Of a DNA stretch of 64,000 nucleotides, positions 27,041 through 40,443 are shown in pieces (within the stretch, counting starts at the first letter, position 1; each line of letters starts with the position of its first letter). The notes beneath the pieces were generated by a model. That model was not told where the DNA came from and did not search any database. It saw only the letters and a program-made list of their open reading frames with translations. A program made the position numbers and the translations under genes. This DNA comes from Octopus vulgaris (lineage: Eukaryota), in contig OX597828.1 of NCBI GenBank assembly GCA_951406725.2, forward strand, positions 24,242,001 through 24,306,000, in the 5' to 3' direction.

Positions 27041-27613
27041 AAAATTCATACTACTCATTAAAATAACCGTTCCGCAATATATCTTCTCATTTCGTAGCAA
27101 AACGAAGGAATATCTCTATCTACATACAAAATCAAAAATCAAATCACAGATGCAAAAGGAGAATCGAACACGCAACACAGCAAGAGAAGTATTTGAAATA
27201 ATCGTTAACAGATATAGATGTATAAAACCCGTCGCGCGCGTACATTATCTCATACAAGCATACACACAAGTGTGGTTTTGGTGCACTCGCGATCAAAAAG
27301 CGAGTTAAATACCTAGTTGGCATTTATAAGAACGGGGAAGTTAAAACTAAACTTAATTCATTCATACCTTAAAGTAAATTATGTTTAACAGTTACTCAAA
27401 TTTATTCCCAGTGCATTGTGCGAAAGTACATTTATATGCGTGTAGGCACCCTGTGGGTCTTTCAGAAATTCTATTAATAATCTTCTCATTAGTCCACAGA
27501 ATAGACAGGGATTCTACGAAGCAAAGACGGCTTCTGCTGGAAACGACATTGTATGGTTTTGCGTGCGTTATATGGTCTAAGTTAAGTTAAAGTTAATTTT
27601 ATTTTCTGAAAGA

Positions 27614-27689
<76 letters not shown>

Positions 27690-27700
<11 letters not shown>

Positions 27701-27902
27701 CGCCATGGTTCACTGCTGGCTACTAAAGCTTTCTTTATTTTTTAATTCTCTCTCTCTTTCTTTTTTCGTGTTTCTTACAGTTGAAGAACGTAGGCTCGAA
27801 ACGTAAAAGACTTTCTCACCTTCACTAGCGTTAAATTAATACACCTGTTTGCTGTTTACATACCTGTCTTCGTCTTTTGTTGTTTTGTAAATTCCAACTA
27901 TA
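27690..27902 (+). mobile_element. Short repeat carrying a helix-III-less HHR-like motif; second copy at 34040-34190
   Basis: cagttga a ga.c-gtag-g.tc GAAAC GTA aaag at 27778 and 34066, with shared downstream aatacacctgtttg..tacacct.tcttcgtctttt. Confidence 0.7.
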
Positions 27903-28786
27903 CGCAAAGTGGGCAGATTTCATTCAGTTTCTTCGATCTAATTTCATCTGATGAGACAGTAGTCTATCTTAATACACTGGTAAAAATAACTTGCCCAACA
28001 CTAATAACAACGTGATCGAACCCCTGGCGAGGCTATAAGAAGTTATGCTTCTTAACCTCACAGCTAGTGACGTCTTTGTTTATCCAAAAATTCTATCAAT
28101 AAATAATCTCAACAGAATTGTTTATCGTCGAATACGAAAAGTCATCGAATACGAAATCTCTCTCAATACTTTCCTCCCCCTCATCCTGTCTGTGTCTCTC
28201 GCTTGATTTCTATCTCCCACTCTCTCATTCTTCATATATTTCCAGTTCATGACGAAACATAGAGTACATATTCTTTTGTATTCCATGGAAGAAATTGTAG
28301 ATTCGATTTCACTATCTATAGAAATGTTTCTATGAGAAGTTCTTACGAAGATTTCTATTAAACTTTTACGAAAGCCTTTGTTGTGAACCTGTGAATGTAC
28401 AAATATATGTAAACTGTTGGTTTGTGAATTGAAAAATTCTTTAGAAATTTATGATAAATAAAAAGTTACACCTCCTGGTGGGTCTTATGAATAACTTTAT
28501 AAATACATTTATAATTTGTTGACGTTCGCGATTATCTGCGTCTGACGTTAAAAGTAAATGAACATTGTTACGTTATGTGTGGGAGTTTGAGAATATTCAG
28601 TTCTTGGATTTTATAGAAAGATGCCGAGCAGCTAAATTTTCTTATCTTTCTAATTATAGGGATTCGGATTGCGTGTTAGGTGTAGCACAACTATGTCAGG
28701 TATTGGCTTATATTTTGTATGACCGTATTGAGTTCGTAAGCATATCGGGGCAACCGAAGCACGAACGTTCATACACAGCACATATA

Positions 28787-29085
28787 CTCATTTACTTGTT
28801 TCAGTCATTTGACTGCGGCCATGCTGGAGCACCGCCTTTATAGTCGAGCAAATCAACCCCAGAGTCTATTCTTTGTAAGCCTGGTACTTATTCTGTCGGT
28901 CTCTTTGGGTGAACCGCTAAGTTACGGGGACGTAAGCAGACCAGCATCGGTTGTCAAGCGATGCTGGCAGGACAAACGGACACACAAACATATACACACA
29001 AATATACATACACACACACACACACATATACATATATATATATGCACACATACACATATACATATATATACACATATACATACAC

Positions 29086-29119
<34 letters not shown>

Positions 29120-29153
29120 ATATATACACATATACATACACATACATACATAT

Positions 29154-29211
<58 letters not shown>

Positions 29212-29375
29212 GACGGGCTCCTTGCAGTTTTCGTCTACCAAATCCACTCACAAGACTTTGGTCGGCCCGAGGCTATATCAGAAGACACTTGGCCAACGTG
29301 TCACGCAGTGGGACAGAACCCAGAACCATGTTGTTGCGAAGCAAGCTCCTTACCACACTGCCACGCCTGCGCCTA
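28787..29375 (-). mobile_element. SINE family A with expanded internal microsatellite
   Basis: Aligns to the other family A copies. Confidence 0.9.
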
Positions 29376-29489
29376 TTGTTATAATATATTTTTCTCAGGC
29401 CCTAGGAGACATCAGGCAGGTAACCCCTAGCATTCAAGTAACCGAGATCATAACTTGCCCCTGAACGAGTCGCTGATCTTTTGCAGGGC

Positions 29490-30130
29490 TCAAGGCGAGC
29501 AATTTTGAAGGGATGGGGGCAAGTTGATTAGTAAGAAACGAATACTTGTTTGGTATGGTATTTTATCGATCTCGAGAGGATGAAAGGCAAAGTTGCCCTC
29601 GCTGAAATCTAAAGTTTCAATACATTTTGTCCAACCTGTTAACGATTCTGCCATCACGCAAACTTGTGTAAGTCATTTACTGTTGGCGAAATCGTTAGCA
29701 CACCGTGAAAATGCTCAGCGGTATTTCGCTAGTTTTTACGTGTTGAGTTCAAATTCCGCCGAGGTCGAATTTACCTTTCATCCTTTCGGAGGTCGATGAA
29801 ATAAGTACCAGTTGAGTACTGGGCTTCGATGTAATTGACTTATTCCCCTCCCCTGATATTCCTAGCTTTTTGCCAAAATTTGAAATGGGCAATATTTACT
29901 GATCCAAGGCCGCATATTGTCAGAATCGTTACCTCGCCGGAAGAAAATGTTTAGCGGCATTTTCCCAATTTCGCGTTCTGTGTTCAAATGCCACCGTGGT
30001 CAACTTTGCATTCCGTTTTTTGGGTGTCGATAAAATAAGTACCACTTGTACTACGATGGTGGGGGCGGTATAATTGACTTTCTTCCCTTCCCCGAAATTG
30101 CTGGTATTGTATCAAAATTTGAAACCATTA
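29490..30130. mobile_element. Cluster of three diverged SINE family C copies (one minus, two plus)
   Basis: gatgaaaggcaaag (29580); gttcaaattccgccgaggtcga (29747); gttcaaatgccaccgtggtcaac (29982). Confidence 0.75.
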
Positions 30131-30984
30131 TTTCCTAGTCCATTGTTTCAAACCAAACACCACCAGGCATTTCTGGAGAAATTCATAAGCGCCATCGACA
30201 ATCAGAACTATTTTAGCTATTGGCACATAATTGAATGAAATATAGATTGTATGCAAAAAATTAATGGATATTTTTTCCTCTTTTAAGGATGCAGCTAATT
30301 CTCCTTTTTCACACCCCACTTGTGTTTTTCGAAAATCTATCAAACATTGGAACAAAACAATAAAAATTACATGTACTGAGTAAACCTCAAATCTTTGTTA
30401 CCGCTGTTTTTTCTTTCTTTTCTCTGCTTTCGCCAAACGTTTTACTCCATATGATTCGATAAAGAGATATCCAGGAGTTGTATTCTCTATCAAAAATGTC
30501 AGTTTGATGCCATTATTTAGAACATTCTAAAGGCTAGCAATATTTCTATTCTCTTCTTGGAAATTATTTTTTATTCTCGCTTACCATTTTTGGTTTTATT
30601 TGTAAATATTCTCTTTATCATCTGGCGGCTACAGTATGTTTACTTCAAGTAGATCTGAGTTAGAATTCACAGAAGAACCCAATTTGATAAGCTAACAAAC
30701 GCCCGCTGTTTCCGTCAGCGTAATTTGCACATACTACAAACACTCTTTCTTCACATCTACACTTTCTGGAAACCACCTGGGGCTTTGTAGCGTTCAAGAC
30801 TATATTTAATGATGCTATTCAAATCATTCATACATATCAAAACTTCAGCATCCCCACCCACTTCTTCTACCAGTATTACAACAGTTTACATACACACAAA
30901 CACGCACACATATACATAAATCAAGAGAATGAGAGATTTATATACATATATATATATTTACATATAAATATAAATCTCACGCTA

Positions 30985-31025
<41 letters not shown>

Positions 31026-31136
31026 CGAGAGAGAGAGAGAGGGGGGGAGACAGACAGACAGACCGATATATATATATATATATAGATAGATAAATATATA
31101 TATAGAGATAGATAGATAAATAGATAGATAGATAGT

Positions 31137-31222
<86 letters not shown>

Positions 31223-31860
31223 TTCCTTATTTTAATTGCTAATTAGCTAACAATACATTTTATGTTATACGTAAGCTGCAACATCCTCTCAGGATCTTTT
31301 CTTCTCTGAAATTCGCAGTTTCATTACCAGAATAATTAAACGAGCCATTTAGAAAGACATCTGCTCGTTTACATTTAGAATGTAAACATTTCTACTAAAA
31401 GGTTTGTGTACAATGAAATCGAAGCGTTTGATGTGCTGCAAAGAAATAGATTTTTGTTATGTTCTTTGCCGGTTTCCTACACAGAACAAATCTTTTACAA
31501 CCATTCGACACAGATAATGATTCCCTTACTAATCATCAAAATTTATATTTTAAGATTATAAGGCTGCGAGTTGGCAGAGTCGTTACCGCGCCGAGCAAAA
31601 TAGTTTTTATGCTCTGAGTCAAATTATGCTAAAGACGAGTTTTCCTTCCCTTTTTAGGGTCGATAGAATAAGTACCATGAAGGGAATAAAAGATTTAGAG
31701 AAAGGATGGGAGAGAAAACGAAAGAGGGAGAGAGAGAGAGAGAGATAGAGAGATAGAGAGAGAAAAGAGAAAACAAGTAAAGGGTAGATTCGCATCAAAA
31801 ATAATAAGATAAACTTACTTGAAAATGGACGCGTTGCGTTCAACGTTCAATCAAACTTAT

Positions 31861-31917
<57 letters not shown>

Positions 31918-31920
<3 letters not shown>

Positions 31921-31947
31921 CCCGGCAACGCCGGGTCATAGTGCTAG
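31918..31947 (+). mobile_element. Helitron-type 3' terminus (GC hairpin + CTAG|T)
   Basis: tgacccggc-aac-gccgggtca tagtg CTAG t. Confidence 0.7.
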
Positions 31948-32689
31948 TGCATGTGTCTATATATGTGTACATCTATATATATACATCTACACAAAATACA
32001 AAGTTATATCTTGATATCGTTAGTGATAACAATACTCAAAATATATAACAGACTGGAATTGTAGGCCCGTCTCTTGCAATTTCGATCAATTGTATCTTGT
32101 CCTCCCTCTTGTGGCTACAATCCAGCCTACCTTTACTTCTGGGGGGACATTTTAAATTTTTATCCGGGACGTCCTACGTTCCAGATATAAAGGTAAAAGT
32201 AAAATATTTCCATTTTGCAAGGTTCCAGTCGTGTACTCCCTTACACGCTCCGTTGACTCGAACCTTGCTTCTATTGTGGCGAATTTACCGCCTCTGGTTA
32301 GATACTTGATATCTTTCATAGTCGCACCAAGACACTTTTCGATGGTGCTTTCCTTCAGGTGTTCAAATCTTTTTTTTTCTCTACATTGTATACTTTATAG
32401 ACAATAGTCTTTTCTTTAATTTAATGGGCTATTCCATTTCTGCGCATTAATTTTATTTTTAATTTATTCCCATTCATGTGAAACCACTTATTCAAGTTCA
32501 AGTCATTGATGCAATTTTATACCAATTGCTATTTTTACTTTTGTTATGTTACGATTATTTTATACTTTAGTTTGATTTTAATTATTACTTACTACATATA
32601 ATTCAATTGTTATTATTATTATCTCTAATTTTTATTGTTAAAGTGAAAGTATCTGACATAAAATAGAGAAATGTTTTTGTTTCACTTTT

Positions 32690-32888
32690 AACACGTAATA
32701 CTGAAATAGTGGAGAAGATATGATATTGCTATGGCTCGCCCTAGGCAAGAAGTTGAACGTTTTTTTTGCCCATGAACCTACATGGACCCTAAATAAGGCA
32801 TGTGTAAAATTTGAATGAAATTGGTTGTGTAGTTCTCAAGTTTTAGGAATTCACACAGACAGACAGACAGACACATACACATTCTCAG

Positions 32889-32900
<12 letters not shown>
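32690..32900 (-). mobile_element. Non-autonomous Helitron-like 5' region
   Basis: Minus: tatataaaaactgagaatgtg..(tgtc)n..aactacacaaccaatttcattcaaattttacaca, a layout typical of invertebrate Helitron-derived repeats. Confidence 0.6.
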
Positions 32901-32936
<36 letters not shown>

Positions 32937-33023
32937 TATTAGAGACAAAACCACTATTTTGCAAAACAAACAAGGAAAGACTTAATCAATACATAAAATT
33001 TTAATAAATAGTCAAAAAAACCG

Positions 33024-33066
33024 CCACTACAATTGTTTCTTGTCTTGATCGACAATCTTCAGGTGG
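33024..33066 (-). ncRNA. Intact minimal type I hammerhead ribozyme (mirror copy)
   Basis: Reverse complement of 33114-33156. Confidence 0.85.
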
Positions 33067-33113
33067 ACTTCCAATAAGTCAGTTTCATAATTTGAAACTG
33101 ACTTATTGGAAGT

Positions 33114-33156
33114 CCACCTGAAGATTGTCGATCAAGACAAGAAACAATTGTAGTGG
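33114..33156 (+). ncRNA. Intact minimal type I hammerhead ribozyme
   Basis: ccac CTGAAGA ttgtc-gatcaa-gacaa GAAAC aatt GTA gtgg. Confidence 0.85.
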
Positions 33157-33327
33157 CGGTTTTTTTGACTATTTATTAAAATTTTATGTATTGATTAAGT
33201 CTTTCCTTGTTTGTTTTGCAAAATAGTGGTTTTGTCTCTAATAATATTTTATAATATTTTACTATAAAATTGGATTTAATCCTAAATCTGATTTTTTCCC
33301 TGTAAATTTGGATTTATTCCCTAATAT

Positions 33328-33408
<81 letters not shown>

Positions 33409-33700
33409 TATATATATGTATGTATATATGCATATATACGTAAATATATGTACATACATACATATATATGTATAGAGATATGCATATATGGGTACAGGAT
33501 GTCACAAAACTTAAACATGAAATACGAAAATAACGTTGGGTAAGTAAACAACGAGAGAAACAAAGGTACATATATGTATGTATATATGCATATATATGTA
33601 TATGTATATATATATATAGTTAATCCAAACATGAACAAAGAGAAAACACAACGTGGAACAAGTATAGTGTTATTGGACGCTCAGGAAAGAAAGAAGGAGT

Positions 33701-33735
33701 ATTTAACGTTTCGAGCGGAGCTCTTCCTCAGAAAC
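33701..33735 (-). ncRNA. Helix-III-less HHR-like motif in a Penelope-like repeat (33500-33790)
   Basis: gttt CTGAGGA a gagc-tcc-gctc GAAAC GTT aaat. Confidence 0.7.
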
Positions 33736-34007
33736 ATAGAAAAAGGAAAGGTCCAAGAAAGAGAAGACGGAGAAAGAAAATCGCCAACGATACATACATA
33801 TATATGTATATATATTATTTATAATATTTGATTGAACGCCACGCATCCATTTTCAAGTAAGATTATCTTAATACTTTTGTTGCGACTCTATCATTTACTG
33901 TTCTCTCTCTCTCTCTCGCCTTCTCCCTTTTGTTTTTTCTCTCATCCTTTCTCTAATTCTTTTCTTCTCCCCTTCACCGTTTTCTATCTCTGTCTCTCTC
34001 CTTTTTA

Positions 34008-34038
<31 letters not shown>

Positions 34039-34183
34039 CCTCTGTTTATTTTCTTGTGTTCTTATCAGTTGAAGAGCGTAGGTTCGAAACGTAAAAGACC
34101 TTCTCACCTTCCCGTGTGTTATACTAATACACCTGTTTGATGTTTATACACCTATCTTCGTCTTTTCTTTTGTAAATTCCATC

Positions 34184-34271
<88 letters not shown>

Positions 34272-34519
34272 CTGTGGATTCTAGGCGATCGATTCTAGTC
34301 TAGCACTTATGTGAATCTGGTACAAATTATATTATTGATTTTTTTATCTTTATTCAACAAACCACTCTGTTGCACTATGGAATGAAACTCAATATAAATA
34401 TTAGATGCAGATGCACATGGACATGTACACATACATTCACTATATTTATGTATATATTTAACATGTCTTTTTCAAAGTCAAACATTAGAAAATAAATTTT
34501 AAGAAGTGTAAATTTATTT

Positions 34520-36415
34520 GAAAACATATGAAACTCTTAAAATTGACAAAATGTAATTTAGAATGTATGCAAATTCCAAGCAATACTTCGTAAATAAAAT
34601 CCTTCCTGCGTCGGAGTGTAAGGCAGCATTTTCCGTCGAAGCCTTTCGTTGATATCAATACGTATTCTCTTCATTAGAAAATACTTCGAACTAAATCACT
34701 TCGAACTAAATCACACTTTTTTCTTTCTCGCCAATGTCCCTTCCTTTTTCAAATACGTAATAAGTTTCCAGAAATTCGGGTGCATGTTAGTAATGGAGCT
34801 TTGCCTTGCATTGTTGAAGCCTTCTAGTGTTGTTTGTTCCACCATATTATTTTGAGTTCTTTCAAAAACATTCCGTAATTCATTGGGAAAAGTCGGTGGC
34901 ATACTTTGTCTTCGCTCGCCTTGATCTAATTCTGCTCCTATATAGTGAGTTTCAAAATATGATACAAATTCTTGGGGGAAATCCTCCTCATCATCAGTTA
35001 GTTCAAGAAAATCATCAATAACATCACGTACCAGAAGAAATGCTAATACAGTGGAGCATTTGATTTTGTTGTTAAATTCTGCGTCTGTTTGATAGCGAGG
35101 CTTTAAACCGATGTCCACAATGTGGCGATAGATATTCTTAGCCATATAAAATAAACAATCTGTTATATTTGTTGGTGGAAATATATCACGGAAAGCATCG
35201 ATAACTGCCTTCTCGAAATCAACCATTAATGTTTCGGGCTCTAATGGTGGATGTGAGTCTTTCAAAGCGCTAAAAAGCCTTCTGTACGTTATTTGTGATT
35301 TACGAAATAGCAAAACAAAACCAAAAAAAGCCTAATATGGTAATAGTTTGTATGACAATATATAACGTTAATAGCTGATAATATATACCGGCGCTTCATT
35401 TAAAATTACCATCACAAGCCCAATCCTTTTTATTCTCAAGGTCATTTAACCCAGCTTATGTACCAAACATTGTGGAGGCGCAATGGCCCAGTGGTTAGGG
35501 CAGCGGACTCGCGGTCGTAGGATCGCGGTTTCGATTCCCAGACCGGGCGTTGTGAGAGTTTATTGAGCGAAAACACCTTAAAGCTCCACGAAGCTCCGGC
35601 AGGGGATGGTGGTGATCCCTGCTGTACTCTTTCACCACAACTTTCTCTCACTCTTACTTCCTGTTTCTGTTGTACCTCTATTTCAAAGGGCCGGCCTTGT
35701 CACTCTCTGTGTCACGCTGAATATCCCCGAGAACTACGTTAAGGGTACACGTGTCTGTGGAGTGCTCAGTCACTTACACGTTAATTTCACGAGCAGGTTG
35801 TTACGTTGATTCGGATCAACCGGAACCCTCATCGTCGTAACCGACGGAGTGCTTCCATGTACCAAACACTAAAATTCTCTGCAGATTATTTTCATCACTA
35901 TTGTATAATAAAAACTTCTCACCATTTTCAACAAATCTATATTCTTCATGTATTATATACCCACTTCTTCAGGTTGGGATCGGGAGAGCTTGGCTTTTCT
36001 TTTGCCTCGAACCTCTAATATAGCGAGACAAATGCGATGACGTCGGCATCAGTGACAATGCATTATCAACTAAACTAAATGAAATTTCTGCAATTAACGA
36101 TCGTGCAGAATTTTGTGAATTAGTGGCTGGTGGTTTCAATTTCGTTTTTGCAATGTAAACTTTTGGTTTCGAAGGATGAGAAGGATTTTCAAGCACGGTA
36201 GGCACTCTTGTTTTACAATCTCTATTTTCACATTTCCAATATGTTTTTTCACCTAATTTTCTGTCCATCATATAAACAAAGTTAAGATCATTAACTAATT
36301 TCACACTACCTCTGCTACTTCCCACTTGATAAACCTTTGTAATCGGTTGGCTACACAACAAAATATTGTCGAATGAATAGAGAATTTTCAAATAAGTTAA
36401 GAAATTGTTTACCAC
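34520..36415 (-). pseudogene. FLYWCH + MULE (Mutator-like) transposase pseudogene, interrupted by a SINE
   Basis: FLYWCH-like GSVKLV..FVY..KTYWKCENRDCKTRV; DWACDGNFK..YYQL; KSQITYRRLF..MVDFEKAVIDAFRDIFP..DCLFY; YFETHYIG; TTLEGFNN; HPNFWKLI. Confidence 0.9.
35470..35856 (+). mobile_element. Full-length SINE family B with 12-bp TSD
   Basis: TSD atgtaccaaaca at 35458-35469 and 35857-35868; tRNA A/B boxes in the head. Confidence 0.95.
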
Positions 36416-36429
36416 TTCTATTTAGTTGA

Positions 36430-36775
36430 AACAATTACATACCAAGAAGAGCAATTCATCTTTTGTCTTGTGGCGACCTTTCCTACGGGGTTTGTTCTAG
36501 TTCTCGATTCCAAAGTTTGGTGCCCGCCCTTCCACTATCTTTCAAAAATATATCACTGCATATCTCTTCTTGCGTCGCTCCAGGGAAACAGAGTCGTAGA
36601 TCTTTCTGTCTCTCCCAGTAGCTCCGTTGTTCCAATGATGCAATCTTCTTTTAGTAACATCGCTGAACCGTCTCAAGTTTCGCTATTAATCTGACACTGT
36701 AAGTGACCACAGTTGAGAGCAGTAGTCGAAAGGCTGAGTACAAATATTCTTCATAGGACCGGCATAGTTCCTTAT
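36430..36775 (-). mobile_element. Older fragment of the same CR1-like LINE as 6597-7553
   Basis: Minus: gactactgctctcaactgtggtca..agctactgggagagac..tccctggagcgacg..gagatatgcagt..ccaaactttgg. Confidence 0.85.
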
Positions 36776-37349
36776 ATATAGACCTGCATGTGTGCGTACG
36801 TGCGTGCGTGCGTGTGTGCGTGTGTATCTGTCAGTAACCAGCTGGCGGTTGTATGAAAAACATTCTGTGATATAAGTGAATGGAACAGATATTTTATGCA
36901 GTTAAGTACCCTAAATGGCAATGGTTCCTCCACGATATAATTATTTCACGTTTCAAAATCTCTCCGTAAATGTGTGTGAGTGCGTGTGTACGTGACATCA
37001 ACGACTGACAAGAGTTGTACAACGGTAACTGCCTCTAATTTGATACAGCCAATGTGTGATTGTCGTAATCCCACACTCCCCTTCTTACGCATAACTGGGC
37101 TCGTCATAAGTAAAATCGATATAGTAGTTCTGAAAATGACATTTTCATGCTTTCATGCCGAAATATTGGATAACACGTTGAAACATTTAAACTTCTTTGT
37201 TCTATTGCGTTAGATTTTCACTCTTTATTTCACTCTTTATTGCAGTGGCTACACACCCACACACCCACACATGTATATATATACATATATATATATACAT
37301 ACATACATATATTGGTATATAATTTTTATGCATATATACGTATATATAC

Positions 37350-37550
37350 ATTCAAAATGTGACCGCGTGTGTACCGTTGGCGATTTTTTCCCTCTGTCTT
37401 CCCTTCCCTGGATCTTTCCTTCTCCTATGTTTCCGACAAAGAACTCTGCTCGAAACGTTAAACCCTCCTTCTTTCCTGAGCGTCCAATAATACTATATTT
37501 GTTCCACGTCCTCGCGTTGTTGTGTTTTTTTTGTGCTTTCATGTTTGGAT
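37350..37550 (+). mobile_element. Penelope-like repeat with degenerate helix-III-less HHR (37429-37463)
   Basis: gttt ccgacaa a gaac-tct-gctc GAAAC GTT aaac; paralogous to 33620-33790 and 17520-17740. Confidence 0.75.
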
Positions 37551-37556
37551 ATATAT

Positions 37557-37622
<66 letters not shown>

Positions 37623-38225
37623 TCTAAATATATTTATGTATGTACATGCGTAAGGATATGTATCGGTACGCAGACAAAGACGAAGTGCGAGGAACTGAGA
37701 TGGAATCGTTCATGTCCAAATTTATTCTCGAAATAGTTGCATAATTATAGAATTACAAGTGTGTGTTTCATTTATTTCATTGAATGCTACTGCTTTTTCT
37801 TTCTTGTCTGCTTCGCCTATACATATACATACATACATACATACATACAAACATATATACTTACGTATATACATATATATTTACGTATATATGCATATAA
37901 ATTATATACCCATATATGCATATCCATCAATCCATACATATATATGTGCATGTGTGTGAGTGTGGGTGTTTGGGTTGTGTGTGTGCATGCGTATGTATGT
38001 ATGTATGTGTGTGTATGTATGCATGTACGTATGTATGTATGTATGTAGGTATGTATGTATGTATGTATGTATGTATGTATGTATGTATGTATGCATGCAT
38101 GTATTTATGCATGTATGTATGTACGTATGTATGTATGCATGTATGTATGTAGAATTTTTCAGCATTCGGATTCATACACCAATTAGTTCAGTGAGAATTC
38201 TGTACTGGAACTTGTAGTAATGGTA

Positions 38226-38298
<73 letters not shown>

Positions 38299-38367
38299 TG
38301 TATATATGCATGCATGCACATATATATATATATATATATTTCATATACATGCTTATGTATATATATG

Positions 38368-38403
<36 letters not shown>

Positions 38404-38570
38404 TATACACACATGCATACGTACAAAAACATATACATATTTACATAGACATATATTTTATTCCGTTTTGTCTTTCTTTTTGCATTTATTCCTTTCGTAT
38501 TTGAAACGAAACCAATTAATGTCAGTATTGGTACGAATTGGTGTGTAGTATCGAATACACACACACACAA

Positions 38571-38609
<39 letters not shown>

Positions 38610-39725
38610 TATATATATATATGAGATTATACAAAAGCGTGTTTCTGATGATGCGTCGCTCTGTGAACGTGCGCATGCGTGATTCACGTTTGTTTTTTGT
38701 CTTTTTCTCTCACTCACTCTCTCTATTCTCCCTCTCTGTCCTCCTTCTTTCTCCCTTTCTCCCACCCTCTCTCTCTCTCTCTTTCACTCACTTTTATCTT
38801 CTTATGGTAACAATTTCCTAACATTACATACTGTATTCCTAAGAATTCACCCAGAAAAGTTATTGCTGCGAGAACTATTTCATTTCAATCAATCACTAAT
38901 CAAACAATATTTTACTTCGACAAGATATCGATTTTCATATACCGTTTTGTCTAAGTTATTTTTGGATATTATTACTTTTTGGCAGAATATTTTTTTTTTC
39001 ATTTTTCTTTGAGTTTTCAGCTCTTGCTTCATGTTTAGTATTTTTTAATATTTTCTTGACTTTGGTAAAATGTATGAGGTTTTTGTTTTATATTTTAATT
39101 TTTCTAAACAATTCGACCACGGTTTCTGTTTATATAGAAGCAAGGATTATATTTAAAAATATGGGTCGCTGGTTTATAGTACATGCTTGATATTTCTTTT
39201 ATTTTTCTAATTCCGTGTTTTTTTTTTCTTTTTGTTCGGAATGAAAACAAACAATGATAAGTGATGCGAATATATTAGAATCAAAAACAATAACTAGGTC
39301 AACGCATCTAGACCGAGAAACGGAAAGAAACAAATGGATAAACATACACACACAAACACATCTAATATATATATGAATCCATACATACATATATACACCT
39401 ACATATATATATACATATATATATATACACATATATATATATATACACCTATACGTATATATATGGATCCATATATACGTATATACGCATACATATACAT
39501 TTAGCATATATACATGCATGTGTGGGGGGTGTCTGTGTCTGTGTCTGTGTGTGCAGATAACGAAGGAGATTTTAAAAGAGGCACTCAACAAACATATTGA
39601 GCGATACAACGTCAGAGAAAGAACGGGATTAGATACAGAGAGAGGGGGGGAAGGGGAGAGAAAGAGAGAAAGACTGAGAGAAAGAAAGGGAGAGAGAGAG
39701 TAAGGAGAAGAGAGAGAGAATGGGG

Positions 39726-39768
<43 letters not shown>

Positions 39769-40119
39769 TTGAGATTGTAACCTGTTCACTTGCACAAGTC
39801 ATGAAATACTGGATTCTCAGATGTAGGTTTTCTATCTATTCCACCATTTTTCTCCAACAATAAGAATCTATTTTAGCAGCGTCCTGGTCGTTGGATCGTG
39901 GTCCGTGGAGCGGGGTGTTGGGGGTGGGGGCTAGTTTCTTTGCGTTGTTCTATTTTTTACTTCATGCACGGATCTTCATTGCAATTAAATAAATAAAAAA
40001 AAAACTGTCCTTTATGAGTAATCAATACATGTTATAGCCACGAGATATCAGCTGCTATTTATATCGAGGATTGGCCGAATGACCGACCACATAGAGATTC
40101 CTTCGTTGATTGGTAGCCT

Positions 40120-40142
40120 CAGCAGTAGCAACGGCAGCTGTT

Positions 40143-40198
<56 letters not shown>

Positions 40199-40361
40199 TG
40201 TTGTTGTTGTTGTAGTAGTAGTAGTAGGAGGAGGAGGAGGATTGGGAGTGGTGGTTGTGGTGGTGGTGGTGGTGGTGGTTGTGGTAGTAGTTGTAGCAGC
40301 AGCACAGCAGCAGCACAGCAGCAGCACAGCAGCAGCAACAGTAGTACTATTATTATTAGTG

Positions 40362-40440
<79 letters not shown>

Positions 40441-40443
40441 CAG
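40120..40443. repeat. Compound trinucleotide microsatellite (TAG/TTG/GGA/TGG/CAG)
   Basis: Direct reading. Confidence 0.95.

Larger units (their letters stand above)
32927..33330. mobile_element. Perfect 327-bp fold-back Penelope-like element (arms 32927-33087 / 33093-33253) plus tail 33254-33330
   Basis: 161-bp arms with no mismatch seen, 5-nt loop taatt, flanked by (TA)n. Confidence 0.92.

Noticed and set aside
27948-27964. CTGATGA-gac agta gtc (also 13246, 24654, 26001, 38645)
   Set aside because: HHR 5' half only; no GAAAC..GUH or stem I follows, so these were not called.
30130-30760. Possible decayed hAT transposase on minus
   Set aside because: Motif similarity is too weak to support without a search.
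35472-35546. tRNA-like sequences (also 12841, 7720, 20890, 25135)
   Set aside because: They are SINE heads continuing into shared SINE bodies, one with a TSD; not tRNA genes.
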